From a virus (taxonomy: Duplodnaviria; Caudoviricetes), in the IMG/VR virus record IMGVR_UViG_3300016636_000045, positions 1 through 24,003 of that record: a DNA stretch of 24,003 nucleotides. The stretch is one strand, 5' to 3'. The notes below the pieces were generated by a model. It was not told where the DNA came from, ran no database searches, and saw nothing but the letters and a program-made list of their open reading frames with translations. Of the stretch, positions 15,589 through 24,003 are shown piece by piece. How positions within the stretch are numbered: the first letter of the stretch is position 1; each line of letters opens with the position of its first letter. A program made the position numbers and the translations under genes.

Positions 15589-17014
15589 TTGCTTCCTCCC
15601 GCAACTTATATTTACCATTTGGTTGCAATTCGTAAACCTTTCCATCCTTAGTGATTTCAGATGGCAAAGTTTGTTCAACGATTGGCTTTTGCTGCACTAA
15701 ACGAGACATTTTTTCATCAAGAGGTTTGCCCTTGCCTCTAATTGCAGCCATAACATTGTCTACGGTATAGGGGACAATCTGGTTTAGTTGTTGTCTTACT
15801 CTTTGTGCCTCAGCCTTTTGTTCTGGCGTTGCCCCAGGCATCTTGTCATGTACATTGATACCAGTTTCAATTTCTTGTTTAACACGAGCGATCCACAATG
15901 CTACGTTGGCTGCATTGTCTCCCTTCCGTGGTTTCAAAGCATCAAATGAGGCAATGTTTGCCTTGGTTCCGCCAGAAGCAAGACCTTGCGCTTCAAGGCG
16001 AGCAAGTGCTGCACTTAAACTATTTGCAACTTGGTCAAATGCACGTTCTTCTTCTCTAGTAAGATTTCTTGCCGCTGCTGCTTTTAAACTTCCAAACGCA
16101 GTTTCTGGATCACGATTGATCAATCCAGCAAATAATGGAGACTCAGCAGTGGCTGGCAAATTAACAACATTACCCAAGTCTTGTGCAGCGCCAAGAATGT
16201 TTCCATAAACGCGAGAAGCAAAAATAAGCGCATGTTGACCTGCTTTACCGCCTTTGCCTGCTGATGTTGCTGCTCTTATGTTGGCAATTCTCTCTTGAGT
16301 TCCGCGCTGGAACTCCAACTCTCGCATCTTCTGAGCATTTTTCTCAATCGTATCTCTCTGCTTTTCTACAGCCTTGATAGCGCCATCAATGTCACCACGT
16401 GCTAACTTCGTCTGAGCAATGCCGCCACTAAGTTCAGGCTTGAGCAGATTGATCTCTCTCATTGCAGCCTCTTTCTCGTATGGCATCAACTCACGAATTC
16501 TGTTGAGTTTATCAAGCACACGCTTGTTAAATGTCTCTTTTTGCTTCTCAGCGATTTCCCAGTTCTTGTAAGCAGCATCTACAGCAAGTTGATCGTTCTT
16601 GGCACGCGCCTCTTGCATGCCCTTGATTGCCTCTAGCTGAGAGATAGCAGAAGCCTTGGCAATCCCGCCTACCATCAGGCTAGCAATGAGATCACCAAAG
16701 GCAGTTGATGCAAGTTCCTCAGGGGAACGTTTAGGCGCAACAAATGGCTCTGGCTCTCTCAACTCACCAAAGGCTTTCTCAATCTGTTGTTGGCCCACCC
16801 TACCTTGTCTACGCAACTCATTAGCACCTGCAGTTTCCATTTGCTTCGTTTGCTCAATGGTCTGCATAGCCTCCTGCTCTTGCAGTTGACGAGACTGTTT
16901 ACGTGCCTCAGGCAGAGTCTCCGTCATAACTTTCTTTTGCTCTGCTGGAGTCAATGTGCTGTAGTCCCGCAGCAGCATAGGAGGGGTTGTGCGTAGAGTT
17001 TCGTTAAGTGCCAT
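15581..17014 (-). CDS. Putative internal virion / ejection protein (coiled-coil)
   Basis: 477 aa, A/Q/E/K-rich helical sequence; gene context. Confidence 0.7.
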   Translation of the reverse strand: MALNETLRTTPPMLLRDYSTLTPAEQKKVMTETLPEARKQSRQLQEQEAMQTIEQTKQMETAGANELRRQGRVGQQQIEKAFGELREPEPFVAPKRSPEELASTAFGDLIASLMVGGIAKASAISQLEAIKGMQEARAKNDQLAVDAAYKNWEIAEKQKETFNKRVLDKLNRIRELMPYEKEAAMREINLLKPELSGGIAQTKLARGDIDGAIKAVEKQRDTIEKNAQKMRELEFQRGTQERIANIRAATSAGKGGKAGQHALIFASRVYGNILGAAQDLGNVVNLPATAESPLFAGLINRDPETAFGSLKAAAARNLTREEERAFDQVANSLSAALARLEAQGLASGGTKANIASFDALKPRKGDNAANVALWIARVKQEIETGINVHDKMPGATPEQKAEAQRVRQQLNQIVPYTVDNVMAAIRGKGKPLDEKMSRLVQQKPIVEQTLPSEITKDGKVYELQPNGKYKLREEASE

Positions 17015-17016
17015 TA

Positions 17017-17985
17017 TTAACCCCTGCCAGGAGTGCGCTGTTGTTGATTAACCGTTCCACCGAGGATGCTAGCCAGCAACTGGCCCATCATCCGATCTTT
17101 ATTCAACTCAGCTTGGATTGCTGCTTGATCGTATTGGTCTGCAATGCCAGCGTACTCAAGCGCTTCTTGCAGGCTCTGTTGGCGTGCAGTGCTACGAATA
17201 CGTTGTTCTTGTTGCGCCAAGATTCCAGCAGCAGCACTGCCTGATGTTGCACCACGTCCAGCAAGACCCTCTCTAGCCCTAGCCTGAGCGCGTTCCAAAG
17301 CACGTGCCTGTTGTGGCGTTAGACCACCACCTGTAACACGTGCCATAGCCTGCTCTTGTGCGCTACGGAAGGGTGTCGCCTGTTGACGGAATTGCTCTGC
17401 TTGACCTTCCAACTTCTTACCAGCCTGACGTGCTAGCAATGCTTGTGCCAGCGTAGCGCCAAGACTAGCCAATCTTTTATTGCGCTGCAAGAAACTCTCT
17501 GCCTCACCTAGTTTTTGCTCTGCTTGACCAACTAACCCAAGGCCAGCAGGTGCTTCGCGTGGGAATAGTTGTCCACCAGGGGCCCTGCTTATATCTGGTC
17601 TTTGTGCCGCTTGAGCTTGTGCAAGAGCAGTTTCATAAGCAACATCAGGTGCATAATAACTACGCAACTTACCTCGACCATCTTCACCATAACCAGAGTA
17701 AACGCTTGGATCATAGAATCCAGCGCTAATGTCTGCCTGTTGCTCTGCTAGTGTGCCACCCGCACCTGGGATGTCCATGTCATAGATTTCATCTTGTTGG
17801 AACTCAGGCAGTCCAGTTTTTGGATTGATCGTGCCAGAACCGCCCATCTCTAGCAGCATCTGCGCCTCTTCAGGCGTAATATGAGCTAGGATCGAATCCT
17901 TGCCACGCCCCATTTGACGCAGCATCTCTGCAAGTTCTTGGGCAGTATTCATGCCACCGCCTGTCATCATGTTCAAAGTTCTCAT
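17017..17985 (-). CDS. Putative internal virion / DNA transfer protein
   Basis: GRGKDSILAHITPEEA...GGSGTINPKTGLPEF motif and an A/Q-rich C-terminus. Confidence 0.7.
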   Translation of the reverse strand: MRTLNMMTGGGMNTAQELAEMLRQMGRGKDSILAHITPEEAQMLLEMGGSGTINPKTGLPEFQQDEIYDMDIPGAGGTLAEQQADISAGFYDPSVYSGYGEDGRGKLRSYYAPDVAYETALAQAQAAQRPDISRAPGGQLFPREAPAGLGLVGQAEQKLGEAESFLQRNKRLASLGATLAQALLARQAGKKLEGQAEQFRQQATPFRSAQEQAMARVTGGGLTPQQARALERAQARAREGLAGRGATSGSAAAGILAQQEQRIRSTARQQSLQEALEYAGIADQYDQAAIQAELNKDRMMGQLLASILGGTVNQQQRTPGRG

Positions 17986-17986
17986 G

Positions 17987-20900
17987 CTATAGTCCTAACA
18001 AGCGCCTTAGGCGCAATGACCTACGGTTCCAATCTTCGATCTGTGGGCCTTCATCCCCGCCAAATAGCGGTTCTGGCTCCCTTAGGATATCTCTTAATGC
18101 CCGTGGTGTCACCCTTGAAGGGGGTGGTGGCGTTGGTCTTGGAGGAGGCTCCTCACCAATTGTAATCAATCGAATTACAGCCTCGTCGAGCGTTTCTGTA
18201 TCGCCACCAATCCCTGGCCCTTCGCCAGTGCCCATCCCTTCGCCCTCTCCACCACCCTCTCCGCCTCCGGTTCCGCCACCCTCGCCTGGGCCAACGCCCT
18301 CACCCTCACCCTCCCCAGTGCCAGTCCCAGCGCCCGTCCCTGTCCCACTGTCTGTTCCACCCCCAGTGCCAATTCCAGCTCCGGTGCCCGTTCCTGCTCC
18401 CTCCCCTCCTCCAGTGCCATCGCCCTCGCCCGTTCCAGCGCCTGCGCCTGCCCCTTCTCCGGTGCCTGCGCCTGTGCCCGTGCTATCACCAGCCGTACCT
18501 GCTCCCGCCCCAGTGTCTGTGCCCGTTCCTGCGCCCATCCCTCCAGCGCCACCCGCCCCTCCACCGCCTATGAGACTCAGCACTTCCCCGTCAGTGACAG
18601 ACGTTCCAGTGCCGCCCAATCCAGCCGTGCCTGTGGACGCTCCGCCTCCAGGTGTGGCAACTGTCGTGGTAAAATCGCCAACTGCTGCTCCAGATGTTTG
18701 CGCTCCACCAGCGGGTGTGCCACCACCAGAAACGACTAGATTGCTTGCGCCAGCAGCAGGATTGATTGCAGAGATTACAGTTTCAAATGGTTTTCCAGTT
18801 GCGTTTGAGACATCTTGTTCACTAATCCCGTCTTGTAGCATGCGTGTAACTGCTTGCTCTCTGGTAAGACTAGGATTGTTCAAAAAGTTAACAATGTTTT
18901 GGTAGTACTCTGCTTGCGTCATACCAGCAGCAAGTGCAGCAGACAAGCCTGGACTTGTTGTCGTAGCACCAACTGCGGCCCCACCAGCAGCGGTTGACCC
19001 ACCGCCCCCTCCTCCGCCTCCTCCGCCTCCTCCGCCCCCAGCTTCGGTCTCAGATGGCTTTGTTAAGTCCTCCGGTTTTGTTTCGGGTGGAGGTGGGGAT
19101 GGTGGGGGTGGAGTTTCTGGTGGTTTAACCTCTGGTGGACGCTGCTCAACCACCTTAACATCTTTAATACCAAACATTTGGCGTAGCCATTCCGCCTCTT
19201 GACGCTGCCACTCTTCAGGTGAAATATTGTCTGTTGGTAAAGGAGTGCTAGAACGAGGTTGAGTAAGCGTAATAGTCATTACGCCATCTGGCCCCATCTC
19301 CATTTTTACTTCACCTTTAGCTAAATTACCGCCCTGGTCAAGCAGATAACCAAAGCCAAGGTTTGTAAGCACAGAACCTGTAAGTGCAAGCACACGATCT
19401 GTTAGCGCAGGATTAGCCTGCACAAACCCTTTAACTGCTTGAACCAAAGCAGCAGCACCACGCGCAAATGCAGCACCCAAAGCAGGCAATGCGCCTACAA
19501 AGGCAACATCTACACCAAGCGTGTCTTGTTGCAGACGAGAAACAATGTTTTCTGCATAAAAATCTAATCTCTGTTCATCTGTCAATGGCTGTCTAGACAC
19601 ACTTTCCAATGCAGCCAACTCTTGAGCAATGTCAGGAAACTTTTGGGCAACCGCCTTTAGATCATCAGCAGCTTTTCTCTCACGCTCTGATGCAGCGCCA
19701 CTTGCCTCGATTACATTTGTTAATATTATCCCTGGCCCCTGTTGTTGTAATGCAGCATCTACATCTCCTCCTTCTGCGGCAGTACGTACCACAAGGCCAG
19801 TAATATTTGCAGCGCTTTTTGCGAAAAAATCAAGCTGATCTGGGGTTACAGAACCCTTGATATTGTCAACAATTTGCTGTCTTACAGCCGCAGATAGTCC
19901 GTTTGCAAGCACTGCATTGCCAAGACTTTGAAGGAATTGCTCGCCACTGCCTGACCGGATACCTGCTGCAACTGCATCTGCAAAAGATTTGCCAATAACC
20001 GCTTGCACTTCAGGTATTTTTAAGCCAGTTGAATTAGCTATTGCGTTCAACTGATCTTTAGATAGCACGGCATTTGCAATATTTTCTGCATTTACTTCAA
20101 CCCCACTTGCAAAAGCACTTGCAAGCATGGCTTTGCCAATATCTCTTTTTTCTATGGCAGCCAATAAGCCACCGCCAGCGGCACCAAGAATGGCAGAACC
20201 CACTGTTGCAGCGCCAGCAGTCTGCCCAATCAATGCTTGACCTAGTTGAGCGCCATAAGCTGAGGTAATTGGGCCTAAGGAAGCAAGAGCAGCAGCTTTT
20301 AGTGGGTCTTGCCCAGTGATCCCACCAACCACTGCACCCGTAAGTGCTGCATCAATAATTGGAGCAGCCGTTGCACCAGCGCCTAACGCAGCACCAGTGC
20401 CTGCAAGATAAGGCGCAGCAATGGCAATCAGAGCAGGCGTTAAAGGCTTGGCTACTTCGGAAACTTGATCTACAAATGCAGAGAATCCCGTGTTTTCTTT
20501 GTAGCCATACGGCACTGGTATGCCATTGGCAAACTCAATTTTGTAGTAAGTAAAGCCACTACCACGCGAGTTATTCAGTTCGTTTAGCGGTATCTCTTGA
20601 CCTGTAGCGCTATTGATTACACGTTGCTTCTGAACCTCAATAGGCTCAACCGCCTCATCAGTCGAAATCGTTGGGTACTCTAAGTCTGTGTATATCTCTT
20701 GCTTTAGGTCATAGATGCTTTTGACACCATAGCTAGCCAACTGCTTTGCCATGTCATCAATAATTTCAGCCTGATTAGAAGAGAAAGAAGCCTTGTGGTT
20801 GACACCAGCAGAAGCCTGCTCTGTTAACTGTTTCTTTAAATTCTCATAGTCAGCAGGATTGTATGGCCTACCCTTGCTATCTACATTTGTAGGTGCGGCA

Positions 20901-21325
20901 GGTGCAGGTTCTGGCTCAGGAGTAGCAGCAGGCGCTTGTTCTTCTTTTATCTGGCTCAGAATCTGATCTTCTGGCGTAGCAGGTCTTTTAGCAAGTTCTT
21001 CTTCTGCCCCGCCCATCCACCAGCCACGCTCGTTCTCTTCAAGCGTAGGGCCAACAATGCTTTTCCAGTAAGCAAGACCTTCTGCATCAGGCTCTCGACC
21101 AAGCACCGTGCGATAAAGATTGATCAAATCACGTTCTGCTTGCGTTACTTCTGCCGCAGGCGGTCTATAGCCACTGCGTAGCATGTAGTCGATGTCGCCT
21201 TGAGGCACCCCACCGTCTACCAACTCATCAATTGTGACTTGGTTATCGTTGAACCATTGGATTTTTTGACTGGGATTAAACGTATCCCAGTTTCTTGGCA
21301 GCATAGCCGTTACATTTCGTGCCAT
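17987..21325 (-). CDS. 1112-aa putative virion protein with DUF4214-like motif, hydrophobic G/A helices and Gly/Thr/Glu low-complexity tail
   Basis: LYRTVLGREPDAEGLAYW, poly-Pro, G14 run and GTG/GEG repeats. Confidence 0.75.
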   Translation of the reverse strand: MARNVTAMLPRNWDTFNPSQKIQWFNDNQVTIDELVDGGVPQGDIDYMLRSGYRPPAAEVTQAERDLINLYRTVLGREPDAEGLAYWKSIVGPTLEENERGWWMGGAEEELAKRPATPEDQILSQIKEEQAPAATPEPEPAPAAPTNVDSKGRPYNPADYENLKKQLTEQASAGVNHKASFSSNQAEIIDDMAKQLASYGVKSIYDLKQEIYTDLEYPTISTDEAVEPIEVQKQRVINSATGQEIPLNELNNSRGSGFTYYKIEFANGIPVPYGYKENTGFSAFVDQVSEVAKPLTPALIAIAAPYLAGTGAALGAGATAAPIIDAALTGAVVGGITGQDPLKAAALASLGPITSAYGAQLGQALIGQTAGAATVGSAILGAAGGGLLAAIEKRDIGKAMLASAFASGVEVNAENIANAVLSKDQLNAIANSTGLKIPEVQAVIGKSFADAVAAGIRSGSGEQFLQSLGNAVLANGLSAAVRQQIVDNIKGSVTPDQLDFFAKSAANITGLVVRTAAEGGDVDAALQQQGPGIILTNVIEASGAASERERKAADDLKAVAQKFPDIAQELAALESVSRQPLTDEQRLDFYAENIVSRLQQDTLGVDVAFVGALPALGAAFARGAAALVQAVKGFVQANPALTDRVLALTGSVLTNLGFGYLLDQGGNLAKGEVKMEMGPDGVMTITLTQPRSSTPLPTDNISPEEWQRQEAEWLRQMFGIKDVKVVEQRPPEVKPPETPPPPSPPPPETKPEDLTKPSETEAGGGGGGGGGGGGGGSTAAGGAAVGATTTSPGLSAALAAGMTQAEYYQNIVNFLNNPSLTREQAVTRMLQDGISEQDVSNATGKPFETVISAINPAAGASNLVVSGGGTPAGGAQTSGAAVGDFTTTVATPGGGASTGTAGLGGTGTSVTDGEVLSLIGGGGAGGAGGMGAGTGTDTGAGAGTAGDSTGTGAGTGEGAGAGAGTGEGDGTGGGEGAGTGTGAGIGTGGGTDSGTGTGAGTGTGEGEGEGVGPGEGGGTGGGEGGGEGEGMGTGEGPGIGGDTETLDEAVIRLITIGEEPPPRPTPPPPSRVTPRALRDILREPEPLFGGDEGPQIEDWNRRSLRLRRLLGL
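18200..19140. repeat. Coding low-complexity region (GTG/GAG/GEG, poly-Gly, poly-Pro)
   Basis: Very C-rich + strand with CCN periodicity; boundaries are approximate. Confidence 0.8.
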
Positions 21326-21666
21326 CAGTTCACTCCCAACACTCTTGCAATAGTTTCATGGATCAGCAGGTGTTGCTGAATCCAGTCATAGAAGTCATCC
21401 TCTTGGTTCCAGTCAGTATCCAAAAGGTTGAACGGATTGTCTAAGTTCAAAAAAGTTGCTATCTGTTGATGCTCAATCTGATGCACCTGCAACCAGTCAT
21501 CCAACTGCTCTGGGTCAGCGTCCGTTAACGGATAACGCTGCACCCGATCACCCTGTGTTGCTAGCCTGTCCCCAAAGACTTGATGCTGGACAGCGTTTTC
21601 AAAGAAAAACTCTCTGAGCGACTCAGCTTGCCCAAAAATCGGACTAGCCAGCGAGTCAAAGTTCAC
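21325..21666 (-). CDS. Hypothetical acidic, His-containing late protein
   Basis: GTGA and TGATG coupling; repeated W...H..(E)H pattern. Confidence 0.75.
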   Translation of the reverse strand: MNFDSLASPIFGQAESLREFFFENAVQHQVFGDRLATQGDRVQRYPLTDADPEQLDDWLQVHQIEHQQIATFLNLDNPFNLLDTDWNQEDDFYDWIQQHLLIHETIARVLGVN

Positions 21667-21896
21667 TTGTCAGCCTTTTGCCTTAACTCCTTCTGGATGT
21701 CTTGCAGCATCTCTTTGATCTCTTTGATGCTGTCTTTGAAATCATCCTTAGGCAGATAGGTCTTAGGCAACTCTTCTCTGAGTTTGGCTAGGTCATTCTT
21801 CAGTTCTTTCACGGCACCCCACATCTCCCTTCCGAACCAGCCCACAACACCAAACATCAGGCCAGCAGCAAGATTGATCACATATTGAAAGTCCAT
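21663..21896 (-). CDS. Small protein with N-terminal TM and coiled coil
   Basis: GGAG RBS; hydrophobic N-terminus; KADK end. Confidence 0.75.
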   Translation of the reverse strand: MDFQYVINLAAGLMFGVVGWFGREMWGAVKELKNDLAKLREELPKTYLPKDDFKDSIKEIKEMLQDIQKELRQKADK

Positions 21897-21898
21897 GC

Positions 21899-22606
21899 TT
21901 ACACTCCGTAGTATGGGATTTTCTTGGATGCACCACCTATAGATACCTGGATGTATCCCTCTGGCACCAAAGGTAGAGCAGGTGAGGCAAAAGTAGCACT
22001 TACAGAAGTGATCCCAAGAAAATCAATCGCACTTGCAGCAATCGAACCACCAAGAATTGAGACTGCACTTGCATCTTGTATTGCAATCGTTCCAAGACCC
22101 GATACTGCTGTGTAATCAATGTCTATCGCTACCGTGCTAGCAGAAGTCAGCCTGCCTTGTGCGTCTACTACCACTACAGCAACACCAGACGCATTGCCAT
22201 AGGTGCCTGCAACTACTGTAGTGTCTGCTAAAGAGATGGTTACATTTGAGATCAGTGTGCCACCACCAGACAGTGCTGTGCCAGCCGTAATGATGGCTAC
22301 ATCAGGGATTGCACTTACGCTTGCTGCGGTGAGGACAACGGTGCCCACTTGTCCATTGACAGATGAGACTGCATCCGTATTGTCAACCTTTTCCCAGTAA
22401 GAACCATTAAAGATTGCCCAGTCGCCTATTGCCCAACTAGAGATACCGTCTAGGGTTGTTGTGCCTGCGACAGAGACCACATAGTAGTGACCCTGCGTAC
22501 CCGTGCCTGAAGCGAGCGTAGGCGTGTTTGTACTTGCGTTCCAAGTACCCTGATAGGCTACTGCACCTGCAACTCCGCCACCACCACCACCCGCTACCTT
22601 AAGCAT
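21899..22606 (-). CDS. Tail fibre-like structural protein
   Basis: YQGTWNASTNTPTL, VSSVNGQVG.V.L and VDAQGRLTSAS fibre-type motifs; AGGAG RBS. Confidence 0.75.
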   Translation of the reverse strand: MLKVAGGGGGGVAGAVAYQGTWNASTNTPTLASGTGTQGHYYVVSVAGTTTLDGISSWAIGDWAIFNGSYWEKVDNTDAVSSVNGQVGTVVLTAASVSAIPDVAIITAGTALSGGGTLISNVTISLADTTVVAGTYGNASGVAVVVVDAQGRLTSASTVAIDIDYTAVSGLGTIAIQDASAVSILGGSIAASAIDFLGITSVSATFASPALPLVPEGYIQVSIGGASKKIPYYGV

Positions 22607-22615
22607 GATTGACTC

Positions 22616-22960
22616 CTATAGACCGTCGCCTGGGGTAATGTAAATGTCTGCCGTACCTGAAACTGTCCTAGCCGTAAAGTAAGCATTGGGCGTAAAGGAC
22701 AGAATCTCATCTGTATTCGGTAGGATTGGCAGACACTTTTGACTGCTTGCGCCATCACCAGTAGGTATGACGCAATTAGATGTTGCATCTGCTGCCGATT
22801 GAGCAAAAGACAGAAATGCCGTTACCGTAGTCGATAGATTGATGATGCGGTACTGGTTAGCACCGAGGGTAAGAGAAGGCACCTGAACAGGCGTAGGAGG
22901 CGAACTAGCCGCTACCAGCTTGACAGTCTTACCTTGTACGTTAAAAGCATTAAGTCCCAT
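22616..22960 (-). CDS. Small beta-rich putative virion protein; paralogue of 12610-12960
   Basis: AGGAG RBS; shared motifs ending in IYITPGDGL. Confidence 0.75.
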   Translation of the reverse strand: MGLNAFNVQGKTVKLVAASSPPTPVQVPSLTLGANQYRIINLSTTVTAFLSFAQSAADATSNCVIPTGDGASSQKCLPILPNTDEILSFTPNAYFTARTVSGTADIYITPGDGL

Positions 22961-22968
22961 GATTGCTC

Positions 22969-23304
22969 CTAGACAGGCATTGCCGATGCACCGCCAATTT
23001 CAATCTCAGGCGGGTTAGGGTTAATCCATTGGCAGGTATCCTCATCCAGCGTCCACTCAGGGCTAGGCTGCGGAGGGATAAAAGCATCCCGTTGTGCGTC
23101 ATAGGTGTAGCCGATTCCTGCGTAGTTCTTACGCATGTTGCCGTTGTACGAGGTCTGCTTCCAAGTGCCACCAAAAAGACGCTCACAGAAGGCAGCGCCA
23201 ATATGCTCCTTCTCTACGCCAAAGGCATCGGCAGTGTCTTTGTTTCCTATCACGATCACTCGGAGAACTACTCCGTTGTCGTCAATTTCAGCGAAATGCG
23301 CCAT
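22969..23304 (-). CDS. Conserved tail-region phage protein (MAHFAE...WKQTSYN...YAGIGYTYD)
   Basis: AGGAG RBS; motif family recurrent near tail-fibre genes of aquatic phages. Confidence 0.8.
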   Translation of the reverse strand: MAHFAEIDDNGVVLRVIVIGNKDTADAFGVEKEHIGAAFCERLFGGTWKQTSYNGNMRKNYAGIGYTYDAQRDAFIPPQPSPEWTLDEDTCQWINPNPPEIEIGGASAMPV

Positions 23305-23908
23305 CTAAATCTCCTATCTGCAATCCAGTTAGATTTACTTCTTCGCCAATGTTGCCAACTGGGAAAGTATTGAAAGACAAACTAATGCGGGTTTGTTCAC
23401 CTTTTACTGTTTCTACCATGTGTTGAAGATTAGATGGGAAAAGAACTAAGTCCCCAGTGCCAATTTGAAACCACCAAGACTCAGAGTTCCAAAGGTTCCA
23501 CTCTTGGGGCGGCAGCTTAATCATCTGAAAGCCGTCACGGTAGAAATAAATCTTATCGGTTTCCCGGTTGGCTTGTGGATAAAAAACACCGGAGATGTAG
23601 GAGTTTGGATGAGCGTGTTTGTGATGCCACTGCCCCGGCTCGGTGTAGTTCACCCATGACTGCGTAATCTTCAGGGAGACTTCGTGCTTAGGGTTGTGGA
23701 TCGTCTTGAAGTAGTCCGCAATCGAAGTCTCGATGAAGTCCCGAATCTTGATCAGTGGCTTATTACGCAAGATCGTGTTGTCAGTCGAGGTTGTGTTCCC
23801 CATGTTTGGGCGAGTGTCTTGGCCCTTGATGAAGTCAATCTCTTTGTCCGTGAGGTCACGATCCAGCTTGTAAATGCCGACTGCCGTGGGGAATAGGTTG
23901 TGAATCAT
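23288..23908 (-). CDS. 2OG-Fe(II) oxygenase (TIGR02466-like); start revised from 23941
   Basis: LFPT, SWVN, HxH (HAHPNS..SGVFY), LFPS.L.H.V and RISLSFN; ATGA overlap at 23908. Confidence 0.88.
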   Translation of the reverse strand: MIHNLFPTAVGIYKLDRDLTDKEIDFIKGQDTRPNMGNTTSTDNTILRNKPLIKIRDFIETSIADYFKTIHNPKHEVSLKITQSWVNYTEPGQWHHKHAHPNSYISGVFYPQANRETDKIYFYRDGFQMIKLPPQEWNLWNSESWWFQIGTGDLVLFPSNLQHMVETVKGEQTRISLSFNTFPVGNIGEEVNLTGLQIGDLDGAFR

Positions 23909-24003
23909 GCAGCCGCCTTTTGTCCGGTGAGTTCTTCCCACTGCTCTGTAAGCCAGATGGTCTTGATGGAGTCTTCAAACGCTTTGATCTTCTCCATCGT
24001 GTC
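23905..24003 (-). CDS. 3' end of a gene entering from the right (partial)
   Basis: Open frame DTMEKIKAFEDSIKTIWLTEQWEELTGQKAAA*, whose TGA overlaps the oxygenase ATG. Confidence 0.7.
   Translation of the reverse strand, partial: DTMEKIKAFEDSIKTIWLTEQWEELTGQKAAA

Noticed and set aside
13993-17751. Numerous + strand ORFs opposite the large late genes
   Set aside because: Antisense shadows with atypical composition and no RBS or coupling.
18228-18905. 225-aa Pro-rich + strand ORF (also the 18175-18564 alternative frame)
   Set aside because: Shadow of the Gly-rich repeats in the 1112-aa gene; no supporting RBS or context.
23288-23908. 2OG oxygenase as a TET/JBP partner of the methyltransferase
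   Set aside because: It has the HxH TIGR02466-type motif rather than TET/JBP HxD, and sits among tail genes far from dcm.

Overview
A 24-kb fragment of a tailed-phage (Caudoviricetes) genome with two convergent arms; a Gram-negative or proteobacterial host is an inference. The + strand arm (249-9329) has three parts. First come small, tightly coupled early genes closed by a cUUCGg terminator. Next is a non-coding block with four phased DnaA boxes and an AT-rich tract, a likely oriC-like origin. Then follows a DNA-metabolism operon: YqaJ exonuclease, annealase, wHTH, SSB-like protein, C5 methyltransferase with a nested out-of-frame gene, Holliday-junction resolvase, glycosyltransferase and PAPS-reductase-like protein. 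The - strand arm (24003-9396) carries late genes: 2OG-Fe(II) oxygenase, tail-associated proteins, four large putative internal virion/ejection proteins, holin-like protein, GH24 endolysin, metallophosphoesterase, SprT-like protease and small basic proteins. No polymerase, helicase, primase, integrase, capsid or terminase gene is recognisable. The most interesting signals are a candidate ~55-nt anti-SD/anti-AUG small RNA complementary to start regions of early genes, the DnaA-box origin, a probable -1 frameshift fusing the annealase to a wHTH domain, a pseudoknotted RNA element after the resolvase, and the nested gene in the methyltransferase. All calls come from reading motifs by eye; no searches were run.
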